Virus record (IMG/VR): IMGVR_UViG_3300001525_000506 | Coordinates: 1-64,000 of that record | DNA length: 64,000 bases | From: a virus | Taxonomy: Duplodnaviria; Caudoviricetes | Direction: 5' to 3' (one strand) | Part shown: positions 1 to 7,860 of the stretch, one piece after another | Layout of the letters: every line of letters starts with the position of its first letter | Position numbering within the stretch: the first letter of the stretch is position 1 | Position numbers and translations under genes: made by a program | Notes under the pieces: model-generated | Seen by the model: the letters and a program-made list of their open reading frames with translations, nothing else | What the model was told of the DNA's origin: nothing | Database searches by the model: none

Positions 1-319
1 AGTCCGAGTACGCGCGCACACGTTCTTGTTCAGTACCTTGAATGAATATATAATATACACAAGTATATGACAAAGTAAGTTATGTTTGGAGTATATAAGT
101 GAAGTTCATAAGAACGTGAATGGTGTCGGCATAGGCGTTGTGGCTATATCGGATAGGCATAGGTGTCGGTATTGTGGCTGTAACTGGTGTCGAAATCATA
201 TCATATCGTACTGGTGTCGGTATCAGTATCAGGCTGCATCGGTATCAGAGCCGTGCTATGACTGTAATCGGTATCGGAACTGTACCGAAGAAAAAAGTTT
301 ATTTATTTTTGCAAAACTC

Positions 320-348
320 TTGACAATTGAAAACATATATGGTATATT
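320..348 (+). promoter_or_regulatory. sigma-A promoter (class I) with no downstream ORF
   Basis: TTGACA-17 bp-TATATT, preceded by TTTTGCAAAA. Confidence 0.8.
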
Positions 349-350
349 AT

Positions 351-490
351 AGATGTAACAAAGGGAAAGCAAAAAGCGTTACGTCTCAATGGGATAGAGT
401 AGTACATCGACACACACCCTTGGTAAGACCGACTACCGAAAGCAACACGTCGATAAAGCAGAGCGACTATGGAACAGTCGCTCTCTTTTT
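351..490 (+). ncRNA. candidate small RNA
   Basis: Between promoter 320-348 and terminator 460-490; no ORF; stems AGATGTAAC/GTTACGTCT and ATCGAC/GTCGAT. Confidence 0.45.
460..490 (+). terminator. intrinsic terminator
   Basis: AGAGCGACT-loop-AGTCGCTCT then T-run. Confidence 0.8.
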
Positions 491-632
491 ATTCTCGCAG
501 CCCTTAATCGATTTTAAGGAGGTGTTAGCATTAAACCTGATAAGTTATCGATTAAAGTCATAACCGTGCTTAAATTGCGTTTGGCGACGTCGATGGGAAA
601 ATAAAAAATCTAAAATATTTTCATAAAAGGTA

Positions 633-661
633 TTGACAAACGATATTATATTTGATATAAT
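633..661 (+). promoter_or_regulatory. class I promoter
   Basis: TTGACA-17-TATAAT. Confidence 0.9.
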
Positions 662-716
662 CTAATTGTAAAAAGGTTGAGAGAACATCAACCGAAACAA
701 AAGGAGATATGAAACT

Positions 717-1094
717 ATGAAAAAACTTACCGCAATTAAGAACTTGCTTACGGACGGACTTGCAGACCACGAAGTCGTAGATATCAACAACCGCTATCAA
801 GACGAAGTCAATGGCGATACCTACATTTATTCAATGGACGACTTTGACGAACTTATGAATGGGAAAACGCCGAGTGAAATCGCAAATATGGCGACCTATG
901 GCGACTACAATCCCTTCCGTATGTGGTTTTGGTTTAATGGTTACGGCAATATTGTAACGAGTGATTATCCTGAGGATTGCAATGGTTATGACATCGATGC
1001 TATTGCCGAATACGCAATCGACAACGACGAAGATTTTGACAATGACGAAATCCGAGAAATCCTCGACGACGAATACGAAGAGTATGAAGAATAA
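717..1094 (+). CDS. highly acidic early protein (DNA-mimic candidate)
   Basis: AAAGGAG RBS, own promoter and terminator; about 34 D/E vs 7 K/R by hand count; WFWFNGYGN motif. Confidence 0.85.
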   Translation: MKKLTAIKNLLTDGLADHEVVDINNRYQDEVNGDTYIYSMDDFDELMNGKTPSEIANMATYGDYNPFRMWFWFNGYGNIVTSDYPEDCNGYDIDAIAEYAIDNDEDFDNDEIREILDDEYEEYEE

Positions 1095-1099
1095 AAAAG

Positions 1100-1130
1100 G
1101 AGCGGAGCGGAAACGCCCCGCTTTTCTTTT
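1100..1130 (+). terminator. intrinsic terminator
   Basis: GCGGAGCG-GAAA-CGCCCCGC then T-run. Confidence 0.7.
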
Positions 1131-1201
1131 ATTATCGAGACCGTGCTATATATGATGCGGAAAACTTGTGAAACAATTTTGAAAAACATTCATAAAAGGT
1201 A

Positions 1202-1230
1202 TTGACAAGCGATGTTATATGTGGTATATT
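1202..1230 (+). promoter_or_regulatory. class I promoter
   Basis: TTGACA-17-TATATT. Confidence 0.85.
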
Positions 1231-1280
1231 ATATACGTAATCAAGAGGTAACAGCCTCGGAACAAAAGGAGTATGGCATT

Positions 1281-1676
1281 ATGAACAGACCGAAAACAAT
1301 TAGAGCAACAATCAAGAGCAGCAAAGGCTTTTACATTGGCGATATATGCTATGTGTTGAGCGATGACGTATATGACGGCGTATGGGGCAAAAACGGGCAA
1401 TATCAGGACGGCGAATACGTAACCGACGACGGTTACAAGTTCGCAATGGCATCGACGGCATATGGCGACGGTTGCTATGACGACGACAACGACAACGTTT
1501 ACAGTGTGGACGCAGGCGTAATCGGTATCGTACCGCTTGAACTCGTAGTGAATTGGGACAAGGCGCAATGGGGCGCAGTATTCGAAGGCGGCGGCGAGGC
1601 GACAATGGTTGCGAGAGACGGCGAATTTGAGTTTACACTACCGAACGGACGCAAGATTAAAATCGATACGAAATAA
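1281..1676 (+). CDS. hypothetical phage protein (YIGDxCY...TAYGDGxY...VDAGxIG family)
   Basis: Start moved to ATG 1281 after the AAAGGAG RBS. Confidence 0.8.
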   Translation: MNRPKTIRATIKSSKGFYIGDICYVLSDDVYDGVWGKNGQYQDGEYVTDDGYKFAMASTAYGDGCYDDDNDNVYSVDAGVIGIVPLELVVNWDKAQWGAVFEGGGEATMVARDGEFEFTLPNGRKIKIDTK

Positions 1677-1685
1677 GGGAAACGG

Positions 1686-1708
1686 CGGATGAAAACATCC
1701 GCTTTTCT
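1686..1708 (+). terminator. intrinsic terminator
   Basis: GCGGATG-AAAA-CATCCGC-TTTT. Confidence 0.85.
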
Positions 1709-1780
1709 TATATCCTCGATACCGTGCTATATGCAGCAACAGAATCGATATGATTTTTCTAAAAATATTTTGCAAAACTA

Positions 1781-1809
1781 TTGACAAATAAAATTATATA
1801 TGGTATATT
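1781..1809 (+). promoter_or_regulatory. class I promoter
   Basis: TTGACA-17-TATATT. Confidence 0.85.
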
Positions 1810-1860
1810 ATATATGTAATCAAGGGGAACATAACCCCCGAAACAAAAGGAGTAACTACT

Positions 1861-2112
1861 ATGAAAGTTTATGCAGTACAGACCATTGAAACAAACGACA
1901 CAATCCCGACAGTGAAAGTTGAAGTATTCTCAACAAAAGAAAAGGCGAAAGAGTATTTTGAAGAGCAAGTACAATGGTACAAAGACCAAAACGATATGGA
2001 GAATTATGGTGTAATCGAGGACGAAACGGACGACTTGTTTTCGTGGACGGCTGGAATCGGTTTTAACGATGACGCTTTGGAAATCACCATTAACGAATGC
2101 GAAGTGAAATAA
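1861..2112 (+). CDS. hypothetical acidic protein
   Basis: AAAGGAG RBS, promoter upstream. Confidence 0.85.
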   Translation: MKVYAVQTIETNDTIPTVKVEVFSTKEKAKEYFEEQVQWYKDQNDMENYGVIEDETDDLFSWTAGIGFNDDALEITINECEVK

Positions 2113-2128
2113 GGAGGAATTAGCAGCA

Positions 2129-2269
2129 ATGGGCAAAGGAGCAAAATACAAAGTCGTTTACAAGGCTTACGGGCATTGGACGGAACAGAAGTTTAGCGAC
2201 CTCGAACTCGCTTACGAATTGGCGGTGAGGACGAACGGAATTATACTGAATGCGAAAGCGACGGACTGA
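2129..2269 (+). CDS. small hypothetical protein, 46 aa (MGKGAKYKVVYK...)
   Basis: AGGAGG RBS; below the ORF-track length cutoff; ends within the terminator. Confidence 0.7.
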   Translation: MGKGAKYKVVYKAYGHWTEQKFSDLELAYELAVRTNGIILNAKATD

Positions 2270-2284
2270 CCGTCGCTTTTTTCT
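2256..2284 (+). terminator. intrinsic terminator
   Basis: AAAGCGACGG-ACTGA-CCGTCGCTTT-TTT. Confidence 0.85.
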
Positions 2285-2309
2285 TCTCTAAAAACCGTGC
2301 TATCCCTAC

Positions 2310-2338
2310 TTGCGCCACAGGACGAATTCTGATATAAT
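2310..2338 (+). promoter_or_regulatory. class II promoter (TTGCGC -35)
   Basis: CCCTAC-TTGCGC-17-TATAAT. Confidence 0.75.
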
Positions 2339-2368
2339 ACAAGTTAATAATATCAGAAAGAGGTACTT

Positions 2369-2776
2369 ATGAACGAACTCGACATCAACCGCAGCGCCGT
2401 GCTTATGAGAAGGCTGGGAGAAGTATTTGAAAACTATGACACAGAAATAAAAAGGGAACGAGGAGAATATCAGACGAAGATGGTCGCTTTGGCTATCTTT
2501 GAGTTTGGTGTGTTGGTACTTGCAGGACTTTTGCTATGGAACTCAATCGTCCCCATACTCGAATTGAATGCGGTAATGGCTATATCTTGTGTTGGGCTTG
2601 TTGTCACACTCGGAATGGTTGCAGCAATGGTGAGGTTTACAAGGCAGTATAAGAACTTCCAGCAAAGATGTGATATGATATTGTGCGAAATCATAGGCGA
2701 AATTTTTAAGGAGTATTACGATGACCTCTGGAACGCTCTCGGCACCGTGCATTATGACGATATCGGAAAGATGTAA
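2369..2776 (+). CDS. two-TM membrane protein
   Basis: Two hydrophobic segments; GAGG RBS. Confidence 0.8.
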   Translation: MNELDINRSAVLMRRLGEVFENYDTEIKRERGEYQTKMVALAIFEFGVLVLAGLLLWNSIVPILELNAVMAISCVGLVVTLGMVAAMVRFTRQYKNFQQRCDMILCEIIGEIFKEYYDDLWNALGTVHYDDIGKM

Positions 2777-2815
2777 ATTTTGTCAAAAATATTCTAATCA
2801 AATGCGTTAAAATCA

Positions 2816-2844
2816 TTGACAATTAAAATCGTATATGATACAAT
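2816..2844 (+). promoter_or_regulatory. class I promoter
   Basis: TTGACA-17-TACAAT. Confidence 0.8.
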
Positions 2845-2892
2845 TAAGACAATCGAAGGGGGACAGCCCCAATACTAAAGGAGTACAAAACC

Positions 2893-3426
2893 ATGAAGAA
2901 AGTTATCTTTGACGGAAACGACAGCAGAACAGTAGAGACCTTGAAATCGCTTATGGACAATGGTGAATTGAAGAAAGGCGTTTATACAAAGGTTGTGTTT
3001 AAGAGCATTAAAGAGGCTTACAAGAGTTATGAGAAAGAAAATGGCAAGACCATAATCGAGAAAGTGACCGAAGGCGTAGTAAGATTTGGTATCGACTACT
3101 ACAATACGGCGACTTACAAGAACAAGATTATTGACCCGAACAAAGAACCGAACCGCAATAGCAGCAGTCAATATGATAGCCTTGTTAGCGGATACGAGGA
3201 CTTGCTTGTGGAAACGAACCGCAATGGTGTTGTGAGCCACAAAGTCAAAATGTACGCAAGCAAGAGCGATAGCTTAAGGATGGTGAGCAAATGGTATCTC
3301 AATGGCGTTGAGGTTGACAAGAGCGCACTTGACGGAATTATGAAAGCCCAAAGTCAACCGAAGAACGAGGACGACTTTATCACCTTCCAAATCAAAGCGC
3401 AAAACCTTATCTCAATCGGCGGTTGA
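2893..3426 (+). CDS. hypothetical protein
   Basis: AAAGGAG RBS. Confidence 0.85.
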   Translation: MKKVIFDGNDSRTVETLKSLMDNGELKKGVYTKVVFKSIKEAYKSYEKENGKTIIEKVTEGVVRFGIDYYNTATYKNKIIDPNKEPNRNSSSQYDSLVSGYEDLLVETNRNGVVSHKVKMYASKSDSLRMVSKWYLNGVEVDKSALDGIMKAQSQPKNEDDFITFQIKAQNLISIGG

Positions 3427-3454
3427 GATAAAAAACTAAAGGAGATATGCAACT

Positions 3455-3808
3455 ATGAAAGACATCACAAAGAACGCATTGGAACAAGACGGATTCAAGA
3501 ACTATGACGTAACATATGGCGAAAGCAACTTGCTTGACCATATCCTTGCGCAGACCATTAAGGATTTGTACACATACTCGTATCGGCTCGTATGTGAACT
3601 CAGGCAGCCAAAGGTTAGCAAGCGCAAAGTGAAGTATTTGAGAGACGAACTCGACACCATTATGGCATACTTTGATTCACCTCTCTATGCCCTACACACA
3701 ACCACACCGAAGTCGGTATGGATTGATTGGGTGAACAAAGCCGTACACAAACCGAAGATAAACATTGAGGAAACAGTCAATCGAATGTTTGAACATCAGG
3801 CGATATGA
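3455..3808 (+). CDS. hypothetical protein
   Basis: AAAGGAG RBS; terminator at 3815-3846. Confidence 0.8.
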   Translation: MKDITKNALEQDGFKNYDVTYGESNLLDHILAQTIKDLYTYSYRLVCELRQPKVSKRKVKYLRDELDTIMAYFDSPLYALHTTTPKSVWIDWVNKAVHKPKINIEETVNRMFEHQAI

Positions 3809-3894
3809 AATCAGAGCGGTATCGGAAACGGTACCGCTTTTCTTTTGTACATATATAGCACGGTAGCATTTTTGAACTTTTTTCATAACCCTAC

Positions 3895-3923
3895 TTGCGC
3901 TACAGCATACGTTTTGGTATAAT
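3895..3923 (+). promoter_or_regulatory. class II promoter with no downstream ORF
   Basis: AACCCTAC-TTGCGC-17-TATAAT. Confidence 0.75.
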
Positions 3924-3928
3924 GCAAT

Positions 3929-3993
3929 CATCAATATAGAACATTTGCACATCTCCTGCAAAGCAAAGGGACGGCAGCGATGCCGTCTTTTTG
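3929..3993 (+). ncRNA. candidate ~65-nt sRNA with anti-SD loop
   Basis: Promoter, hairpin TTTGCA-CATCTCC-TGCAAA, terminator GACGGCA-GCGA-TGCCGTC-TTTTT; no ORF. Confidence 0.6.
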
Positions 3994-4078
3994 TTTACAC
4001 TCGGAGCCGTGCTTGCTATGATGCAGGCGGCGGTGGTAATTTGATAAAAAATTCTCTAAAAATATTTTGTTAAAACTA

Positions 4079-4107
4079 TTGACAAATCAAATCATATGGT
4101 ATATAAT
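4079..4107 (+). promoter_or_regulatory. class I promoter
   Basis: TTGACA-17-TATAAT. Confidence 0.9.
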
Positions 4108-4161
4108 CTAATTGTAAAAAGGTTGAAGACATCGACAACCGATACGAAAGGAGATATGATA

Positions 4162-4668
4162 ATGAAAAAGAACAAAAAAGTAACACTTTACAGCAACGCA
4201 GTCAGTATCGAACGCATAGAAGATGCAAGACAATATTTGCTCGACGAAAACGGCGAAGAGCCGACAGACAGTGAAGTTTGGGATTTAATTTCAAACGATA
4301 TAGATATAGATTGGGACGTTTTCAAAACCAACTATAAGAAATATTTTGACACACACAATTTTGTCGTCAGGGCAAGTATAGGACGTTGGAATGGACGTTT
4401 TAGCAGCGGTAAGATATGGACGAATGGTTGGGAAGATATCCTTAACCTTGCACATTATGAAATTTTTGAAATTTTTGATGACAACGGACACCTCAAAGTC
4501 GTTGGACATCACCATGATGGAACAGACTACTTTGAAATCAGGGAACTTACTCGAAAAGGCAACGAATACGCAATTGGCTCCCACAACGACAAGAGTGAAA
4601 CCGAAGACGCACAAGCCGTATGGAACAATTTTCATAGTCGCTTGCCGAGATTGGCGGAGATGATATGA
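4162..4668 (+). CDS. hypothetical phage protein
   Basis: Start moved to ATG 4162 after the AAGGAG RBS. Confidence 0.8.
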   Translation: MKKNKKVTLYSNAVSIERIEDARQYLLDENGEEPTDSEVWDLISNDIDIDWDVFKTNYKKYFDTHNFVVRASIGRWNGRFSSGKIWTNGWEDILNLAHYEIFEIFDDNGHLKVVGHHHDGTDYFEIRELTRKGNEYAIGSHNDKSETEDAQAVWNNFHSRLPRLAEMI

Positions 4669-4910
4669 TAAGAACAGTAAAAGAACAGAAACTCGATGAC
4701 GAAGGCGGATACGTCCGCCTCGAAGTCGATATCGAGAACCAACATTGCTTTGTAACGCGCCATACGACGAATACAGGAACGATAACGACAAAGGATTTGG
4801 GAACAGACCATCCTCGCTCCATTGCCTTATTCAGAACCTTGTGTGAAGTCAGAGACACACACGAAGATATCGAAGATGTTATATATGAATTTGAAACGGC
4901 GACGAAATAG
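4665..4910 (+). CDS. hypothetical protein
   Basis: ATGA overlap with the upstream gene; terminator follows. Confidence 0.75.
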   Translation: MIRTVKEQKLDDEGGYVRLEVDIENQHCFVTRHTTNTGTITTKDLGTDHPRSIALFRTLCEVRDTHEDIEDVIYEFETATK

Positions 4911-4994
4911 TCGTCGTTTTATTTTGGCGGCGGCACCGTGCTACCATAAGAGTTGCAGCTGGCTAAAAATTGTCAAAAATATTTTGCAAAAGTA

Positions 4995-5023
4995 TTGACA
5001 AATGATGTTATATATGGTATTAT
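4995..5023 (+). promoter_or_regulatory. class I promoter
   Basis: TTGACA-17-TATTAT. Confidence 0.85.
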
Positions 5024-5069
5024 ATATATGTAAAGAGGACAAGAGCCTCGACACCAAAGGAGATATGAA

Positions 5070-5540
5070 ATGGTACAAATCAAGATAACAGACGACCTTG
5101 ATGTCGTAGTCAGTGAACCCAACGATACGCCCGAAAGCAGTTTTAACTACCTTGTTAAACAAGGGCGCAACAGCTATGCAAAGACACTTAAACCGTTTGA
5201 CAACTATGGTTGTTTTATATGGATAAATGGTGTGTATTACGATTGCATTGATAAAGATGCATTCAGCGACGAAGATTTTGCAATCGACGTCATCGAGAAT
5301 ATAAAAAAATGCAAGACAATCGAAGACTTACTCGATTTTACGACTTCCCGCAATTATCACGTAAGCAAAAATCCGTACGATTTAATCGAGGACTATGAGA
5401 TGACGCCAAGCGTTTATACACAAGAAGAAATCGACGCTTTGAAAAAACTTCCCGAAGACGAACTCAAAAAAGAACTAAAAAAATACATATACGCATTCTT
5501 TATAGACTTTGGGGCGTATGTGGCATTTATATATGATTAA
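5070..5540 (+). CDS. hypothetical acidic protein
   Basis: AAAGGAG RBS. Confidence 0.85.
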   Translation: MVQIKITDDLDVVVSEPNDTPESSFNYLVKQGRNSYAKTLKPFDNYGCFIWINGVYYDCIDKDAFSDEDFAIDVIENIKKCKTIEDLLDFTTSRNYHVSKNPYDLIEDYEMTPSVYTQEEIDALKKLPEDELKKELKKYIYAFFIDFGAYVAFIYD

Positions 5541-5557
5541 ACTAAAGGAGACCAACT

Positions 5558-5857
5558 ATGGAAGTTAATGGTAAAGAAATGACAACAAAAGATTTTGCAA
5601 AAAATTATATCCCCACGCCCGAAGAATTTTCAATTCACAATACGATTAAAATTTATTTTGAACTCGAAGATATAAAATACGTCCTCTACGAATATTTTAG
5701 TTGCGCAACAATCGACGATTTGAGCGAAGAGGAACTCAATGCCATCTTCGACCGACAAGAAGACTACCTCGAAGAACACTCATACGAGAGCAATATATTG
5801 GCAGAGATTATCGAAGAAGTCCTCGACGAATACGGCAACACAACAATTCAGAGATAA
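5558..5857 (+). CDS. highly acidic small protein
   Basis: AAAGGAG RBS; about 25 D/E vs 7 K/R in 99 aa by hand count. Confidence 0.85.
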   Translation: MEVNGKEMTTKDFAKNYIPTPEEFSIHNTIKIYFELEDIKYVLYEYFSCATIDDLSEEELNAIFDRQEDYLEEHSYESNILAEIIEEVLDEYGNTTIQR

Positions 5858-5985
5858 AGCAAAAGGCGGCGGATATTCCGTCGCTTTTCTTTTACTACTA
5901 TAGCACGGTGGACAGGTGCTGTAATGTGCAGATTTTGCACTTTGCTTTTTGCATAAAATTTGCATAAAATATTTTCATAAAACTA

Positions 5986-6014
5986 TTGACAAATCAAATT
6001 ATATATGGTAATAT
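5986..6014 (+). promoter_or_regulatory. class I promoter with tandem TT(T)TGCATAAAA upstream
   Basis: TTGACA-17-TAATAT. Confidence 0.8.
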
Positions 6015-6062
6015 ATATACGTAATCAAGAGGGACACAATCCCGAAACAAAAGGAGTATGGT

Positions 6063-6386
6063 ATGCAATACAAAGATTGGAACATCGAGGCAATGACAGG
6101 CTACAAGCCTAAGACGACGTTTTATATGGACTTTTCCATCGCCGACAAGTTTGGTGCAGCCGCAATCAAAGACACTTATAACAGGGCTTTTGAGCATTGG
6201 AAGGACAACACCGAATACGTAACCGAATTGGCTATGGTGTTGAATTGGAAGGCTTGGGAACATAACGCAAGCGGTAATGACACCTATACTGAACTCTACA
6301 CAGACTTGTATTATGCCGTTGACGAATGGTGTATGAACAATCTCAAAGGCGACGATATAAAATACTATCTCAGGACAACTGATTAA
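6063..6386 (+). CDS. conserved hypothetical phage protein (TTFxMDFSIADKFG family)
   Basis: AAAGGAG RBS; family motif recognised from memory. Confidence 0.85.
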   Translation: MQYKDWNIEAMTGYKPKTTFYMDFSIADKFGAAAIKDTYNRAFEHWKDNTEYVTELAMVLNWKAWEHNASGNDTYTELYTDLYYAVDEWCMNNLKGDDIKYYLRTTD

Positions 6387-6396
6387 GGAGGCAGCC

Positions 6397-6549
6397 ATGA
6401 GCAATCTGATTGGAGTACGTTTTATCAACCGACCCGAATTCATCATCTACACAAAGCGAATATTTGAGGCAATGTGTTTAGACCCGACCGTACAAGACAT
6501 AATCGATGTCGAGACAGGGGAAGTCCTGTATGCGAAAGCGACCGAATAG
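6397..6549 (+). CDS. small hypothetical protein, 50 aa (MSNLIGVRF...)
   Basis: AAGGAGG RBS; ends within a terminator. Confidence 0.7.
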   Translation: MSNLIGVRFINRPEFIIYTKRIFEAMCLDPTVQDIIDVETGEVLYAKATE

Positions 6550-6656
6550 AAATCGGTTGCTTTTTCTTTTATCCGTATATAGCACGGTACGGTATCGGTA
6601 TCAATACCGTGCATCTAACCGCCTCAAATTGCTTGTGATTATTTTTCTAAACCCTC

Positions 6657-6686
6657 TTGACACAGCATATGCTATGGGTGTATAAT
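6657..6686 (+). promoter_or_regulatory. class II promoter
   Basis: AAACCCTC-TTGACA-18-TATAAT; 22 bp identical to the - strand promoter at 20934-20955. Confidence 0.8.
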
Positions 6687-6720
6687 GAGTATAATCTAAG
6701 AACATAAGGAGGATACTTCC

Positions 6721-7032
6721 ATGAGTAAGTATCAAGAAATTTTGAAACAAAAACCGACCGAAGAAGAACTTCACCTCTACTACCGCACCCGTCGTTATCT
6801 TATGCTTGACGCGATTGACGACGCGCTCAGAGACGCTGGATACGATAACGGTATCGCGGACATAAACGAAGAGGATATCGATGATATGCTCGACCACCTC
6901 GACTACAAAGTTAGGTCCGTCACCGAGGACGAACAGCTCGACATCTCGCGCCGTTACGAAGAGCGTCGCGTCCGCAACGAAGAGTGGCAAGCTTTCGTGA
7001 ACGATTTGCTCGCGGAACTGAGAGTGAGGTGA
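6721..7032 (+). CDS. hypothetical acidic protein
   Basis: AAGGAGG RBS. Confidence 0.85.
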   Translation: MSKYQEILKQKPTEEELHLYYRTRRYLMLDAIDDALRDAGYDNGIADINEEDIDDMLDHLDYKVRSVTEDEQLDISRRYEERRVRNEEWQAFVNDLLAELRVR

Positions 7033-7114
7033 AGGCATAAAGAAAATAAAACAAGCACGGGTATCCCCCGCGCTTATTTTATTCTCTTTGAGGTTAGCAC
7101 GGTGAGGGGTGTTA

Positions 7115-7159
7115 TGTATAATTATGCAATATCCGTGCCAAAAACTGTATAATTATACA
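7115..7159. promoter_or_regulatory. pair of 14-bp palindromes (operator-like)
   Basis: TGTATAATTATGCA (7115-7128) and TGTATAATTATACA (7146-7159). Confidence 0.5.
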
Positions 7160-7191
7160 ATCGGCGGCGGCACTTTTTTAATAATACCCCC

Positions 7192-7221
7192 TTGCGCCAC
7201 CACCTCCATATATGGTATAAT
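7192..7221 (+). promoter_or_regulatory. class II promoter
   Basis: CCCCC-TTGCGC-18-TATAAT. Confidence 0.7.
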
Positions 7222-7260
7222 TAAGGTACAAAAACACCAAAGGAGTGACTGTTTTTTCTT

Positions 7261-7728
7261 ATGATAAGCGTCTATGATATGGTTTATAACACCCTCAAAA
7301 TCTACCCCGATAAGTCGTCAGGCACTGCGCGTACTCTCTCCCGTATCGCGCTCAAAAACAAGGACCTCGCGAAACTCGTCGCGGAAGAAATCGCGGTCGG
7401 GCTCGATGATTTTGTTATCGGAGCCAACCGCAAATACGCGACCAATTTCATCGTCGATTCCGCGGTCGTTGACAGCGCCGCTCTCGAGTACGATTCGGAC
7501 ACCCGCGATACCCTCACCCTCCACGCGTTCGTCCACATCGCCATTCGCGATATCGTCCTCAACCCTGCAGCTGTGGCGATTGCTGTTACCAGCGGGCTTA
7601 TGCCTATACTCCCCAAACCAAACGCGTTCTCGTTCGTGAGGATGTTTACATTCAAGGTCCAGGTCGATAGAGAGCACGGTACTATATACGGCATATCCGC
7701 CGCCGAACAAGAGGAGCACGGTATATAG
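7261..7728 (+). CDS. hypothetical protein
   Basis: Promoter and AAAGGAG upstream; last + strand gene. Confidence 0.7.
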   Translation: MISVYDMVYNTLKIYPDKSSGTARTLSRIALKNKDLAKLVAEEIAVGLDDFVIGANRKYATNFIVDSAVVDSAALEYDSDTRDTLTLHAFVHIAIRDIVLNPAAVAIAVTSGLMPILPKPNAFSFVRMFTFKVQVDREHGTIYGISAAEQEEHGI

Positions 7729-7825
7729 AAAAACTCCCGTTTCACGGTAGTCTTTCTGTATGAGATTGAGCACGGTATTATATTGTACGCGCGCACGCAC
7801 ACGTGAGGCGAGCACGGTATGTTAA

Positions 7826-7860
7826 GAACAGCACCCTTTGTGGGTGCTGTTCTTCTTCTT
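7826..7860. terminator. terminator between convergent units
   Basis: AACAGCACCC-TTTGT-GGGTGCTGTT next to the portal stop codon. Confidence 0.8.

Larger units (their letters stand above)
251..7817. repeat. dispersed CCGTGC/GCACGG motif, 19 copies
   Basis: Starts at 251, 564, 1141, 1722, 2295, 2745, 3858(-), 4007, 4936, 5903(-), 6582(-), 6607, 7055(-), 7097(-), 7133, 7674(-), 7716(-), 7770(-), 7812(-); usual context ACCGTGCTA. Confidence 0.9.

Noticed and set aside
251-7817. CRISPR array or integron attC array
   Set aside because: The repeated core is only 6-9 bp, spacing is irregular and gene-sized, and there are no cas genes, integrase or attC-like hairpins.
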